Assembly: GCA_022813865.1 (NCBI GenBank)
Contig: JALDZX010000043.1
Location: 62,001 to 126,000 of the forward strand
Length of the DNA stretch: 64,000 nt
Direction: 5' to 3'
Source: Xylographa opegraphella
Lineage: Eukaryota
The first letter of the stretch is position 1. Each line of letters starts with the position of its first letter. Of the stretch, positions 10,960-25,906 are shown in pieces. The position numbers were made by a program, and so were the translations under genes. The notes beneath the pieces were generated by a model. The model was given only the letters and a program-made list of their open reading frames with translations. It had not been told where the DNA came from and ran no database searches.

Positions 10960-12048
10960 GATGATAATTTGACAGCTTGAACGGAGAGCACCAAGAAAGA
11001 AAGAGCAGCCCATTTATTATCAAGCAAGAGATACACGTTAGCTTATCATAGCTGTAAATTTAGGAAGGCGCCTCCCCTTCCTAACCAGGGAAGACCCTTC
11101 TCGAGGCCTCCTTCCATAGCACATTGAGATGGAGTCTAGGACTTGCAAAAAGGCGCTTGTTGCGAGACAAGGACTTTCCAGATCTCGGAGGTTAGGGCAA
11201 ATGTGTAGGCGTCACAGAGGAGAATTCAGTGCACCACTCACTGAGTGTCGAAGCTGCCACATGCTTCCTGCAGCAGCGGCAGTTGAGGCGGTGCCATGTT
11301 GGCCATATCAAGCACGTCAGGAAGGCCGTATCTGGTCACAGGTCTCCTTCTTCAGAGTGACGTAAAGACACAAAGACTACACAGATCGATGAGTCAACAT
11401 CTGAAGGGGCGAGAGTCGTTGATGCAAAGCTCGGTGAAGCATCAAGATGGAAAGATGGAAGACCGAAGTGAAGTGGAGACCCCTGCACCGGCAATCCAAT
11501 CAAGCGCCAGATGCTAGACTATCCTAGCCAGGCTTGGCGCGGTTCAGCAGCCGAAGGAAGCCCTATCGAAGCGGACTTTAGCGCGCCAGTCAAATGGCCG
11601 GCTCGCAGCTTGCATCTCTCTCGGTACGACATCGTTCTCTCTACCTACCTTAGGACGCCGCTCTGTGGCTGCACACCTGCAGCAATGGCATCTGCGCTGG
11701 GGGGTATCTATTCCAGATCGACACGGGAGCCTTTCCATTCACCGTGCCGGGATCGAGACCGGCCCATTGACTCGGTTCGCCCCATGTCGTTCGCCGCATT
11801 GGACTCTCACACTGGGTCGGGCGCCGTCCAGGTTTGCGTTCTTGCCTACCTTAGGGATCCGAGAACTGGATAATGTCTGAGGCGTTGTGGAGGAGCAAGT
11901 TGGAACACGACCGGTACAAGAAGGTCGGTTCCCTCGACTTCACAAATGTTCCATCGCAAGAGCCCAAATTACTCCGCAAGCCTTGCCTAGCAATATCTTG
12001 TCCCTCACCTCTTCTCCAGCTCTTATACCCAACCTTTCTCGAGCCATC

Positions 12049-12534
12049 ATGCGTTTCTCTCAAGCTGTCACGGTGCTCTCCTTCCTCCTCGGCCTCGGAA
12101 CAGCTGCTCCAGCAGTATACACATCCGAGTACACCACCTTGGGCTGCCCCAAATCCACCACGCCAATCGCCACCGAAACTCAGCAGTATGAGGCACTGAG
12201 CGACTTCGCCTCACTACTGTATCTTCAGAAGATGCCCACCAAGGCGTTCAATAACTATGTCGCCACGCACCTCATCAATCACGCTGCCGATGTCCCCGGT
12301 GATGGTGCTGCGGTCGCTATTCAGACTGTAGGCCCGCTGGTCGCCGAGAGTGCGTTTGTGATTGAGCAATTGTTCGTTGCTCAGGATCGTGGAGTTACGT
12401 ATTTCAAGGCGACCACTCCGATGGGAACGGTAGCTGCGATTGACATGTTCAGAATGTCCGGCACGTGTCTCATCGAGCATTGGGTCATTCAAAACCCAGT
12501 CCTCAATAGCACGAACCCACATCCGTATTTTTGA
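12049..12534 (+). CDS. Small secreted protein, probable SnoaL-like/NTF2 fold (161 aa)
   Basis: Intronless ORF with signal peptide MRFSQAVTVLSFLLGLGTAA; the pattern AFNNYV..LINH..VPGDG and IDMFRMSGTCLIEHW resembles SnoaL-like domains; two Cys. Confidence 0.72.
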   Translation: MRFSQAVTVLSFLLGLGTAAPAVYTSEYTTLGCPKSTTPIATETQQYEALSDFASLLYLQKMPTKAFNNYVATHLINHAADVPGDGAAVAIQTVGPLVAESAFVIEQLFVAQDRGVTYFKATTPMGTVAAIDMFRMSGTCLIEHWVIQNPVLNSTNPHPYF

Positions 12535-13466
12535 GCATCATGCAGCAAGGAGCGGGACAGTGGTGGAGAAGGAAGGAGCAGTCAGGCGCCACATTGAGGA
12601 CATTGCTGGTCGTTCTTGTGGCCGAGCCGTGTCAGCAGACATGTTGGAGCTTTTGTCGGCGGATCAAGCTTCTGATGGGTTCCAGCATACGCATTTGCAC
12701 TTCCTCAACGACCGTGGTGGACGTCGAAAGCAGGAGCGCTTTCGGAAGGCAAATCAAAAGTTACAGTAGCTTTGTGGGTTAGTGGTCGAATGCAGAAGCA
12801 AACAATGCGGAGTTCGCTCCACCAATGTTTCAAGTGTGTATGTTGTGCTCCCTGGCGACAATGACTTGATTCATGCAGCGTACTGTGTAGGAGTTGACGA
12901 GACCGCTTCTGACTGCCGTGTCACACCGTCGAGTAGTACCTGCCTGTACCCTTCCTTGACCACCTTGGTCGTCAACTTCCCCAAGGTACTTGACACCCCA
13001 ATGCATGCCTGCCCTTCCGCCTCTCAGGCTCAAGTGTGGCTTTTGGCGCCTAGCTGAGAATTATGACGTGCGGTGGCGCAGCAAGAAGCGAGAGAAATCA
13101 AGGCAGGACGTGTAACAGAATACAGAATACTGCAAGAATGCCAACAGTCTGACTCTTGAGCATCTGCCCACAATAGTGTCTTTCCCGTACCTGCACATCA
13201 TCCCGCAACCGCGGTTCTCGGAACTTCTAAGCTTTGCGGAGTGAGAAATAAGAAACCGCTGCAGAACGTCGATCACGATCGTCCCACTTCATCCCCCTTT
13301 GGATTCTAGCGCTCCCGCTCGTCTTCAAAACTGAAGCTTTCGCCAGGACAACTTCCATTGAGACAACGGCCAACCCCAGTGTGACTTGCAAGCAGCCGTA
13401 CCTGCCAGGTCTCATCCGAGCATCTGCTTTGTGTTTGTTGGCTTTGCGCCGTCTCCTACATCGAGG

Positions 13467-14982
<1,516 letters not shown>

Positions 14983-15478
14983 TGCGCCGGTGTGAACAAA
15001 GGAAGATGCTCGATACCTTCAGTCTTCGTGGGCTTGGGGTATGGTGACTCGGTTGAGCTCATCATTGGGGTGGACGCTGATAGAGAAAGGTTTGACAACA
15101 GTACGACTCTCACACTGGGTTATTAGATACCTTAGTGCTTCAGCACTTGTGCTGAAGCGATTACATTCGAGCAAATTTAAATAGCAAAGCGGTGAGCCGT
15201 CAAATGAAGCGTTTGCGTTATGTAGACAATAATGCCACATTTGTAGATATTCTTGCTGGCTTTCGCTTATGTACCTCAGATATTCGACCTTGGTACAACT
15301 GCAATATTGAAGCGTCGGCGGAATCGAAGTAGTAGAAAGATACCGGTGCTGCTACTGATTGACAACGATTCTAGAACATTGTGATTGCGAATGATGCTAC
15401 CTCTTTACCTTGTGTGACTTCGTCCGCAAAGCTATGCTCAACTCTTGATACGAACTCCTTCCGCAACCGCGCTTCCCC

Positions 15479-18027
15479 ATGTCTTCTATATCCCATCCTC
15501 CGCCCGTCGTTTGTGTAGTCGGTTTCCACCATGCTAGGTAAAGTGGAGGCCTGGATGCAGGAAGCCGCCTTCACGAGTTGCTAATAGCTCATCAGAGGCC
15601 CCGAGATTGAGTTCTGGCTGGGTGTCGAAGACGGACGAGACCCAGCCATCGAGAATGATTGGAACTTCTTACCCTTCATGGCACTCTCCGATGGTGCACA
15701 CACGTATGAGCTTTTTTCAAGCTGCTAGAGCGTCTAGCTGACAGATTGGCAGAACCACGGAAGATTTCTCTTACTTCACACTGCGTCAACAGGAAACTCC
15801 GCAGTCCCCAGCAACCTCGCTGTTTGGGATCTCGTGTACTCGGCAGCTCGATGCAAGAGAGCTATTGAATCGACCGAAGGATGTCACAAGAAGTACGGTA
15901 CAGAAGTCTCTGGTGGTCATTGCAGGGAGCCCACACTCCTTTGGCCATCTGCGAGAGAAGCTGTCCGTGGTTACGAGGGCATGGTTCGATCAACGGTACG
16001 GGAGTCATCGACGACATATACTACATAGACCATCTGTGGCTGATATTGTTCAGGGACTTTACAGATGTGGAGATTCTGAAGGTCGGTAAGTGGCTTGCGG
16101 GCTCAACGGTAGGTGAAGCTAACATTGGAGCAGGAATTCCAGGAGAGTCTGGCTGCTGGTTTGCAAGATGCAGACGAGGACAGAGATCAGTATCTTGGTA
16201 TGTATTCCTCTTCAATAGGAAGCTTCATTTAGCACTAACAGGAACAGGCAGTTCGCTGCGTGAATTCATTCATGAATACAAACATCAGACATTGGTTCTC
16301 TTCAAATGTTGTCTACTTCAACCCAAGGTGATTGTCCTCCAGTCCTCTCTCTAGGGCTTCTCTTATCCTTATGCAGATGCTTTTCTTTGGCTCTCGATGT
16401 GAACGTTTATGCATGATGCAATTCGCTCTCATCTCCTTGATCCCAGGTCTGATACGCAAATTGGAAGACTGTGCAGACCCTGAGATGGATCATTATGAGA
16501 GAAGTGTCACCAAGCCAACGTCTCTGAGGACGAGTGAGCGCGGTTCTTGTATGTGACGCTACATCCTTGTCCTTTGAAGTCCATTTGTTTACGGGGGATA
16601 GTGCTTGCGTATATGGGACTACCACTCCAAATATTTGGCAAGGTTAATCAACGAACATGCTGATATCTCTACTACGTTTGCTTACGACCGATAGGGCAGT
16701 CTTTTCGGCCCTTATACTCCACTTCAGCAACTCGATACCCTGGCCGACTACGGCACGAAGTCATACATCGTCGGCTCTACCAATTCTCTTCTTCTTCAGC
16801 AAAAAGATCGCTACAGTGATATCCTGGTCAACGTAAGTGACCCCTTTCCGGCCTGCCAATCCTAGCACACTGATCGTGCGATGGTACTCATAGCTAGACG
16901 AATCCACCATCACGATCAGCTCTTCGTCCCTTCGTGCGGCCCTTACCCTTTCTGCGGCCGACCGACGGTGGATTGACTTTCTCACGCAGACCATCTACCA
17001 GACCTGGGACGATGAGTATCCTTCACGGCCCCGCTCCCACGGCTATCTTGGGTCGGAAGAGTTCATCCGTCTTCAATTCGAAGAATATCTCCTTGCCCTT
17101 CTCGCCGCTACCAAATACCAAAAATACCTCTTCGCTACCCCATACCATCTCCGCGAGCTCTCCGCGTTTCCGGACATTGACGGTGACCCTTCTGTTGACT
17201 TCAATGAATCGTGGATCGATGCATGGAAAAAATCGGGCAGCTTCCGCCTCTGGGACAAGCTTACGGATGACCATCTGTTCGATATCGTCGAGCCTCGTCA
17301 CCCCACCGCCGGTGGTCTCAGTATCGATGACATCAACCGCCGCCTGACACAGCAAATCCAGGACCTTCATCTCGACGACCGTCTGGCGACATCCCGTGAA
17401 GCCCTCAACAAACACCTTGCCACCGGCCAGAAGAAAGTGTCGTCCGCTTTCAATTCTCTCTGGGCCGACATCGAGACCCTTCGCGAAGCTCAACGAAGCC
17501 GCCAGCAGGAAGCCCGCGCTGCTCGACAAAACGCTTCCGCCTCGTCCGCGAACCCGCTCTCTCCGCTGGCCGCTTCGCTTGCCTCTCCCTCCACTCCAGG
17601 CTCCGAGGCCGGCCTGCTTCCCTCGCCATCACGCTTCGCCCGGTTCCAATCGGGGGAGAGCACGCCCGGCACGCCCGGCGCTCGATTCGACGCTGCCAGC
17701 CTACGGGCGCGAGCACCGGACCTGTCACACGCCCAAGCGGCCGTCGGCGCCGCGGGGCAGAAAGCGGGCGCGTACATCTCCAGCTGGGGCACATGGGCGA
17801 AGGAGCAGCGGAAAGGGTGGGGTCGCTCGCGGGAGAACCTGAGCATCCGGGCCGATGACGGAGAACGAGCGGAAAAGGTTAGCGGGGTGGAGACGGAGAG
17901 CGACGCAGCGAGGCCGGCGGAGACGGAAGCGGCCAAGCAGAGACTGAGGGTGGTCAGCCCGCGGAAGTCGAAGCGGGGCAGCCGGGAGAGTGTGGGCGGA
18001 GATGGGATCGGGCGACTGGACGCGTGA
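15479..18027 (+). CDS. AVL9: Late secretory pathway protein Avl9 (DENN-related), about 10 exons
   Basis: VCVVGFHHARGPEIEFW, LPFMALSDGAH, LFGISCTRQ, VTRSTVQKS, FGPYTPLQQLD and GSEEFIRLQFEEY motifs reconstructed across nine GT-AG introns. Confidence 0.9.
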
Positions 18028-18511
18028 TGGGGCGTGGAGTGCAGGGGACGCGCAAGCTGGACTTGTGGGGGCTATTGACGACGCTGGGTTCTGAATCGGT
18101 ATAAGGAGAGTTTGGGGAGGTCTTTATATTTAATGTTCTATCGCATATGGTAGTGTGAGTGTGAGAGGCGGCTACGAGCATATGGTACTTGTTGGGTTTT
18201 CTCTCTTTGATTATCGTGACGGGAGTGAACCATTTAGATGTTGCACTATTGCGAATGAACGGATGGATGCTCGTCAGACTGATTGAACATCTGTCGAAGG
18301 TCATGTTTCGTTCTCGACTCCTTCCTCATCCATCCCACCGATAACAATACGAAGACACGGTGCGGGGAGCCTCCCGCTTATCCTATCTATCAGGAAACGG
18401 TCTGACGTAACCCATGCCACAATATACCAATAAAAAGTACTCGGAAAACAAATATCCTCTTGAATAAATACCCCGGCTGACATTCCACGCAGTCGGAAAA
18501 CACGACGAGCG

Positions 18512-21050
18512 ATGCACTTCTGCCCCCGCGTCGCGCTCTGCGCCCCAGTCGTCGCGGCGCTCGTCGTCGCTTCCTCCTTCTACGACAATCCGGACCAAGA
18601 TGCGCTGCCGGCGGGTGGGGAGTCGCAGGAGGAATTGCTGAGCAAGTGGGATTTTGAGGTAAGGATTTCGAAAGTGGATTTCTGTTCTGCTTTTGCTTGT
18701 TTGTGGTCGTTTTTGAGGAGGGGGTGCCGGGGTTCGTTCATGTTGGACAGGATCGGTGCATGTTGTCTAAGTTGCCGGGAAGAATTTGTCCAAGAACGGG
18801 TTTGATTGAGCTTCGGTACTCTAGGCATGGCATGCTTTGTCGTTTCCTTTCTTAGGGGGGGGTGTAACTATGCTGTCCGTTCGTCTCTTCTCGGCCTTGT
18901 CACGAGGCTGCTTGACGATATTCAAAACATATCCACTGGCTCTACCATACTCAATGACTCTGTATCGAAAGCCAGCGTGTTCGGGGCACGGTCCGCTTCC
19001 TCGCTTTCTTCTGACAGGCACATTGTTCGTACTCGTGCAAAATACTTTTATCTTCTGTCATCCTAAACCTCCCTCGCGGATGCGGTGCTCCTGATGTGGA
19101 GTTCGTGCACCGTCGAGGCGATAAATGGAAAGATGCCCATGCTCTATGGATCGTCTTGAATCTCTTGCGTTTCCCGGCAGCAGCGTCTGAGCTTCACATA
19201 GGCTTCTCGCTGGCGGTTTCAACTTTCATCGTGGAGAGCTTGTGCTGACCCTCCGCAGTGGGGCTTCTCCGGCATATCCACTTTTGCGCACCTCAAGCAT
19301 GTCAAGTGCTTGACCACGCCCTCCGTCCCCTTCGACATCGGTATCATCGGAGCTCCCTTCGACACCGCTGTCAGCTATAGACCCGGTGAGTCACCACGTT
19401 TTCATCGTGCTCGTCAAAGATGAGGCACTGTTCATATGATGGCTGTTCGAGAGCAACTATGCGCTTGGTTTGCTGTCATACAAGCGACCAAAACCAGGGG
19501 TCGTCCATGTTTGTTTCTGTGCCGGTCTTCAAGTCCGTTAGTGCTGGTATCCATGCCAGGCACCTCGGACTGGCTCCCATCAAGTATTTGTGCCCGACAT
19601 CTCAATCTAGTCGTCTGTACTTCGTAACTGAATTATCAGACTGGCTCCAAACGGTAATCCGGTGCCCTATGTATCAATTGAGTCGTTGAAATTCTAGGCC
19701 TTGCAATTACCTCGCCGAAGAGGTAATTCCTTGGTACACGATCATTTGTTGATACGACACCGTGTCTTTTTCCCGATCAAAACCGACAGTATTATGCAAT
19801 GGAATTGTAGGGATTTTCGCCAGGCGCCGACACTCCTGTTGATGATGCCTTCGAGCATCAGAGTGTTCTATACATAGAATCGCTGTATCAAAGGGCAGTT
19901 TTGCGTTATGCCAGACATGAATCGAGCATCAAGGATGGAGTACATACCCGTGGCCGACGTCGAAGTCGATGCTGCCATAGTGATGAACGTCGAGATGACT
20001 GCATTTTCTGGGATATCCACCATAGGCGTTGTTTCGGGAATTTCATTATTCGCCGTGATCAACTCAGATTGCACTGCGTCCCTAACAGTCTGACTGACTG
20101 TACTCCATACAGGTGCACGCTTCGGCCCTCGAGCCATCCGCGCAGCCTCAGCACGTCAAACAGCCTTCCGAGGGTTCAATCCGAGACGCGGTCTGAACCC
20201 GTATACCTCACCGTTCACAATCCTCGACTGCGGCGATATCCCCATCACGCCCTTCGACAACGCCCTCGCCCTAACCCAGATGACCTCTGCATTCTCCACG
20301 CTCGGAGCGCGCACTCCTGCACTTGCACACGCGACGAACCTGCACTCCAAGCTCCTCACCCTCGGCGGAGACCACAGCGTCGCCCTGCCGGCCTTGCGCG
20401 CGCTGAACCGAATCTACGGCACGCCGATCGCAGTCGTCCACTTCGACGCCCACCTCGACACCTGGCACCCTAACAAGTACCCCAACGCATGGAAGAGCGC
20501 GCAGAGCGACTTCAATCACGGCTCCATGTTCTGGATCGCATCCAACGAAGGCCTCATCCTCAACGGCTCATCCGCACACGCCGGCCTGCGCACGCGCCTG
20601 TCAGGGGACAGCTTCGATGACTTCGACGACGACGAGCGCCAGGGCTTCCTCCGCATCAGCGCCGACGACATCGACGACCTGGGCACCGCGGGCATCGTGG
20701 CCGCGATCCTGGAGCGCGTGGGCACCACGGTTCCCGTCTACCTGTCGCTCGACATCGACGTGCTGGATCCGGGATTGTGTCCCGGGACGGGCACGCCCGA
20801 GCCAGGCGGGTGGACGAGCCGCGAGGTCATCAAGATCCTGCGCGGCTTGGAGCCGCTTAACGTGGTGGGCGCGGATATCGTCGAGGTGGCGCCGGCGTAC
20901 GACGGCGTTGGGGAGCAGACCGCTTTGGTCGCGGCGCAGGTCGGGTTCGAGATCCTGACGAGCTGGGTGGGACGGGGCATGAAGGAGATGCAACGGGTTG
21001 AGCCAGAGGAGACCGTCGTTGTCAAAGGAGGCGTCAAAGACGAGTTGTAG
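18512..21050 (+). CDS. Agmatinase/ureohydrolase (arginase family) with signal-peptide-like N-terminus, 3 exons
   Basis: Exons 18512-18658, 19259-19385 and 20113-21050: [51 protein letters not shown] and GTGTPEPGG metal-binding motifs. Confidence 0.9.
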
Positions 21051-21529
21051 TCGGCTGCTATATCTTGTATACCGTAATTTGTGCTTGGTAGATATTGCCC
21101 AAAGCGAGCTCCTAGCAGTCCCCTGCACCGGAAACCGAGCCAGAAGCTTCAGGAACATCGTATGCCCCCCCTCCGCCCCCCCCCTGGGAGACACAAGGCG
21201 GCCTCTCAGGCTTCTGGGAACCAAAGGGCACGAGCCCGCTCCTCAATCCTCCCCTATCTACCCCGGTCAACGGTCCACCCTGAGCGAGAACTTCATTGCA
21301 CAGACCGCCTTGCCGACAGTCCTTAACCCAATCCACCCAGCCCACAACACGGTCCTCCCCTTCCTCACAATCTTCTCAATCGTCCGTCTTCCTCACTTCC
21401 TGACCAACCTCATCGAACACTCTCCCTTCACAAAGCACCCGTAGAACGATCGGCCACGTCCTCACTCTCCCTTCTTGACCATTTGTCGTCAATCACGTCT
21501 TCACTTCCTCGACTACGTCGTCTGCACTC

Positions 21530-21890
21530 CTCGCAGACGACAGACGGGATGACACTCTTCTGCTCTGCGTGTCGTCTCCTCTCCTTACACACAGCAGACG
21601 AGCTCACTCTCTTCTGCTCTGCGTGTCCTCTCTTCTTCTCACGCACGACAGACGAGGTCACTCTCTTCTGCCCTGCGTGTCGTCTTCTCTCCTCACACAC
21701 AGCAGACGAGTTCACTCTCTTCTGCTCTGCGTGTCGTCTCCTCTCCTCATACACAACAGACGAGCTCACTCCTTCCTGCTCTGCGTGTTGTCTTCACCCC
21801 TCGCAGACGACAGACGAGCTCACTCTCTTCTGCTCTGCGTGTCACCCTCACTCCTCACACAACAGACGAGCTCACCCTCCTCCACTCTGC
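21530..21890. repeat. 54-bp minisatellite, about 6.5 degenerate copies
   Basis: CAGACG anchors at 21541, 21595, 21649, 21703, 21757, 21811 (period 54) and 21863; consensus core CAGACGAGCTCACTCTCTTCTGCTCTGCGTGT. Confidence 0.95.
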
Positions 21891-23394
21891 GTAGTCTGCA
21901 AGCTCCGCAGGCTTTGCTAGCAGGATCACATCCAGTCTCATCCTCACTTCGCCCACCACTGACCCTACACCCCTCACACACCACCACAAACCCAGCACCT
22001 CACTCCTCTGCGCTGCGTGCATGGACCGTTCACCCTCCGTCGTACCTTCACCTTCACCTCTTCCTCCTTCTCCTCTTTTTCCTATACTTCCCCTCCAGAG
22101 CTCGTGCACACGATCTCGCTTCCACGACACACACGTCGACACCTGTGCTCGGCCGTCTTCGGCATCACTGCTGATCGCCCTCGATACATCTCACAGTCCC
22201 GCCTCACTCGGAGCCTTCTCAGGAATCCTCGACCAGAGCATGGGGTAATCTCCCACTCGCCAGCATCTGCTTCTTCTTGCATCTGCTTATTCCACCGCTC
22301 CATCGACTTCCAATCTCACCAGACAGTGCTTCGCGGTCTCGCCTCTGGGCTTCACCGCGACGCCGCGAGCACGCGATCACGCACCTTTTCGACCTTACAC
22401 CACAGGCGGTGTGGCTCATCGGCTTCCTGGTCATCGTCTCCTGGTCATCGTCTCCTGGTCATCGTCTTCCTCGTCATCGTCATCGTTCGAGTCCCAACTC
22501 ATCATCAATATCATAAACACCATCATCATCATCCTCTCCTATACATCAATCACCTACCTCAACACACCAGCTTTCGCCCAAAGACTGCTGCTCGTTCGCC
22601 TCTCCCAACAGAACCACAAACAGGGTGTCGGCGCACCGCAAACACCCTGCATGCAGTTTGCGAACGACAAAAGCAGATAAAGGGTCTTGTTCTGCAGAGT
22701 CTTCTTTGGTTGAAGTGGTCTTCACCCAATCTGTCCTGACACAGCCCCTATCGATATCATCCGTACAGCACGAAGAGTCGGAACCCTAACGCTAGACCTT
22801 ATCGCGTTAGCGTGTTTGGTGCTCAGATACCACGGTGGATTGCTACCTTACTGGTGACAACGCCTAGCTCCGGCGATCTATGACAAGGGAAACAAGGGCT
22901 TACATGGATGCACATGGATGACGGACTCTGTTATTTTGGAGATGAAAAGATCGAGACTTTATAGGTATGATTGCTTGTGGTGATATAGGGAATTAATTAT
23001 AGTGCTGATTGAGCTGAAGGACTTACAGCCAGGAGAGCCTCCCCTAACCAGCCGATGAGTGCATACGAAGCACGAGAAAGAGGATTCAATCACCACAGCA
23101 GTCAGCATAAAGGGCGTGAAGTGCCTTTCCATTGATTGCAGATAAGCACTCCGCTGCCGAGAGCTCACACAAGCAGATCAGCTTGACACAGCACCACTCA
23201 AAAACCTTTGCTGCAGATTAAGGATCGCACCGCCATGATTTCCTAGTCCCCAGCTGACGAAAGACAAATTCCCAAGCCATCCGCCCTTACACCGTGCTCC
23301 TTCGATACACAAAGAAAGTCTATGCAAGAGATCCGATTGAAGTATTTGACCATGTCCGAGGCTCGTCGGCCAAACAAAAAGACCGAAGAAGCTA

Positions 23395-24672
<1,278 letters not shown>

Positions 24673-25906
24673 GTTGGATGATTTAAATCAGAGACCGACA
24701 GGATGATGAGAAGAAGAGGTGGCTTGGTATGCAAGAAATGGCGAGGAAAGTTGGACAGGCTTTCGAGAGAGAAGAGGTGGTGGTGGTGTAGTTTTTGTTG
24801 AAGAAGAAGTGTTGGGAAGTGATCGTGGTGAAGGGAGGTGAGGTGAAGCTAGAGCTCAGATGTTGTTGACCCAGCGGTGCGGATTTCACGCCGTTATGAC
24901 GACGCTCCGGATTCTCGCGTGGCCGTCTCGACGTCGGTGCAGCAGAACTACAGCAATAGAGCATTAGTCGTGCAATAAGCATGAACAGCCGATGGGCGGC
25001 CTACTACGTGCCTGCGGATAAGAAGAATTGAAACAGGCCCGGCGGAAACAAATTTCGTAGGCGAAAAGAGTGCTGCGTGGTGCAAAGCGCTGCCTGCTGC
25101 TTGCTGCGACCCTGAGAGAGCGATCTCCACTCGAGCACCAGGCACTGCAGGATCAAGATCTCTGTGAGGCTTTCTGTCGAGTGGAATAATGCCAACGGGG
25201 AGGACAAAAGATATGATTGAGGCGAGGGCGAAAGGTATGAAGTTGGAAGCCTTCTTGATCGGGCTTAGACCGCAAAGGGCCCTTCCCGCCCAAAGAAGCG
25301 TGCAGAGGCGATGCTTGAACCGCGAGCCAATTGAGAGCGATATGCAAACAAGGCCGGATCAGAGCTAGAAAAGCTCTGGCACGACTGCCAATTGCACCTC
25401 TGTAGGCGCCGGATCGCTCAATGACATGTCGTTTCGACTACGGCGCCGAGAATGAACGACGACCTATGCTCCAGCCTCTCGAGGAGTCTGGTCATAGCGG
25501 CAGGGGCTGAAGGCCTGTGAAGTCTATTCCGACCACCAGTCCACCAAGCGGAGCCGCCGAGGCAAATATACCTTCACTGTGAGGAATACAGAGAGACCCG
25601 GACTGTCACATCCCCATGTCTGAGCATTGGGGATTTGTTGATAGCCACATCAAAGTTCCTTTTAACTTCTGGCCACTCAGAGCCTGAAGTCCTTTCACAA
25701 CCATTTCCAATTAGGAAGGACAAGCAGATCTACATGAAATACATCCAATAAACATTATGTCGCTTCTATGAACCCCCTCGGCGACGATGATGCACCTTCA
25801 AACGCTCCTGCTCCGTTCCGGATTCCTATACATATCTACATACCCCTTGTCCCGAGTGCGATCATCCAATAACATGCCATTCTTTTTTTCATCTTCTTTC
25901 ACGTCC

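Noticed and set aside
11059..11085. 9-bp inverted repeat TTAGGAAGG...CCTTCCTAA upstream of the Abr2-like gene
   Set aside because: Short, isolated and without a counterpart at other cluster genes; no function supportable.
21530..21890. CRISPR-like look of the 54-bp array (32-bp conserved core plus 22-bp variable part)
   Set aside because: The variable parts are clearly related to one another, there are no cas genes and the context is eukaryotic; it is a minisatellite.
22700..22900. TGACA ends and an AACCCTAAC stretch suggesting an LTR edge or telomeric seed
   Set aside because: No second LTR, target-site duplication, transposase or reverse-transcriptase ORF, and no telomeric array.
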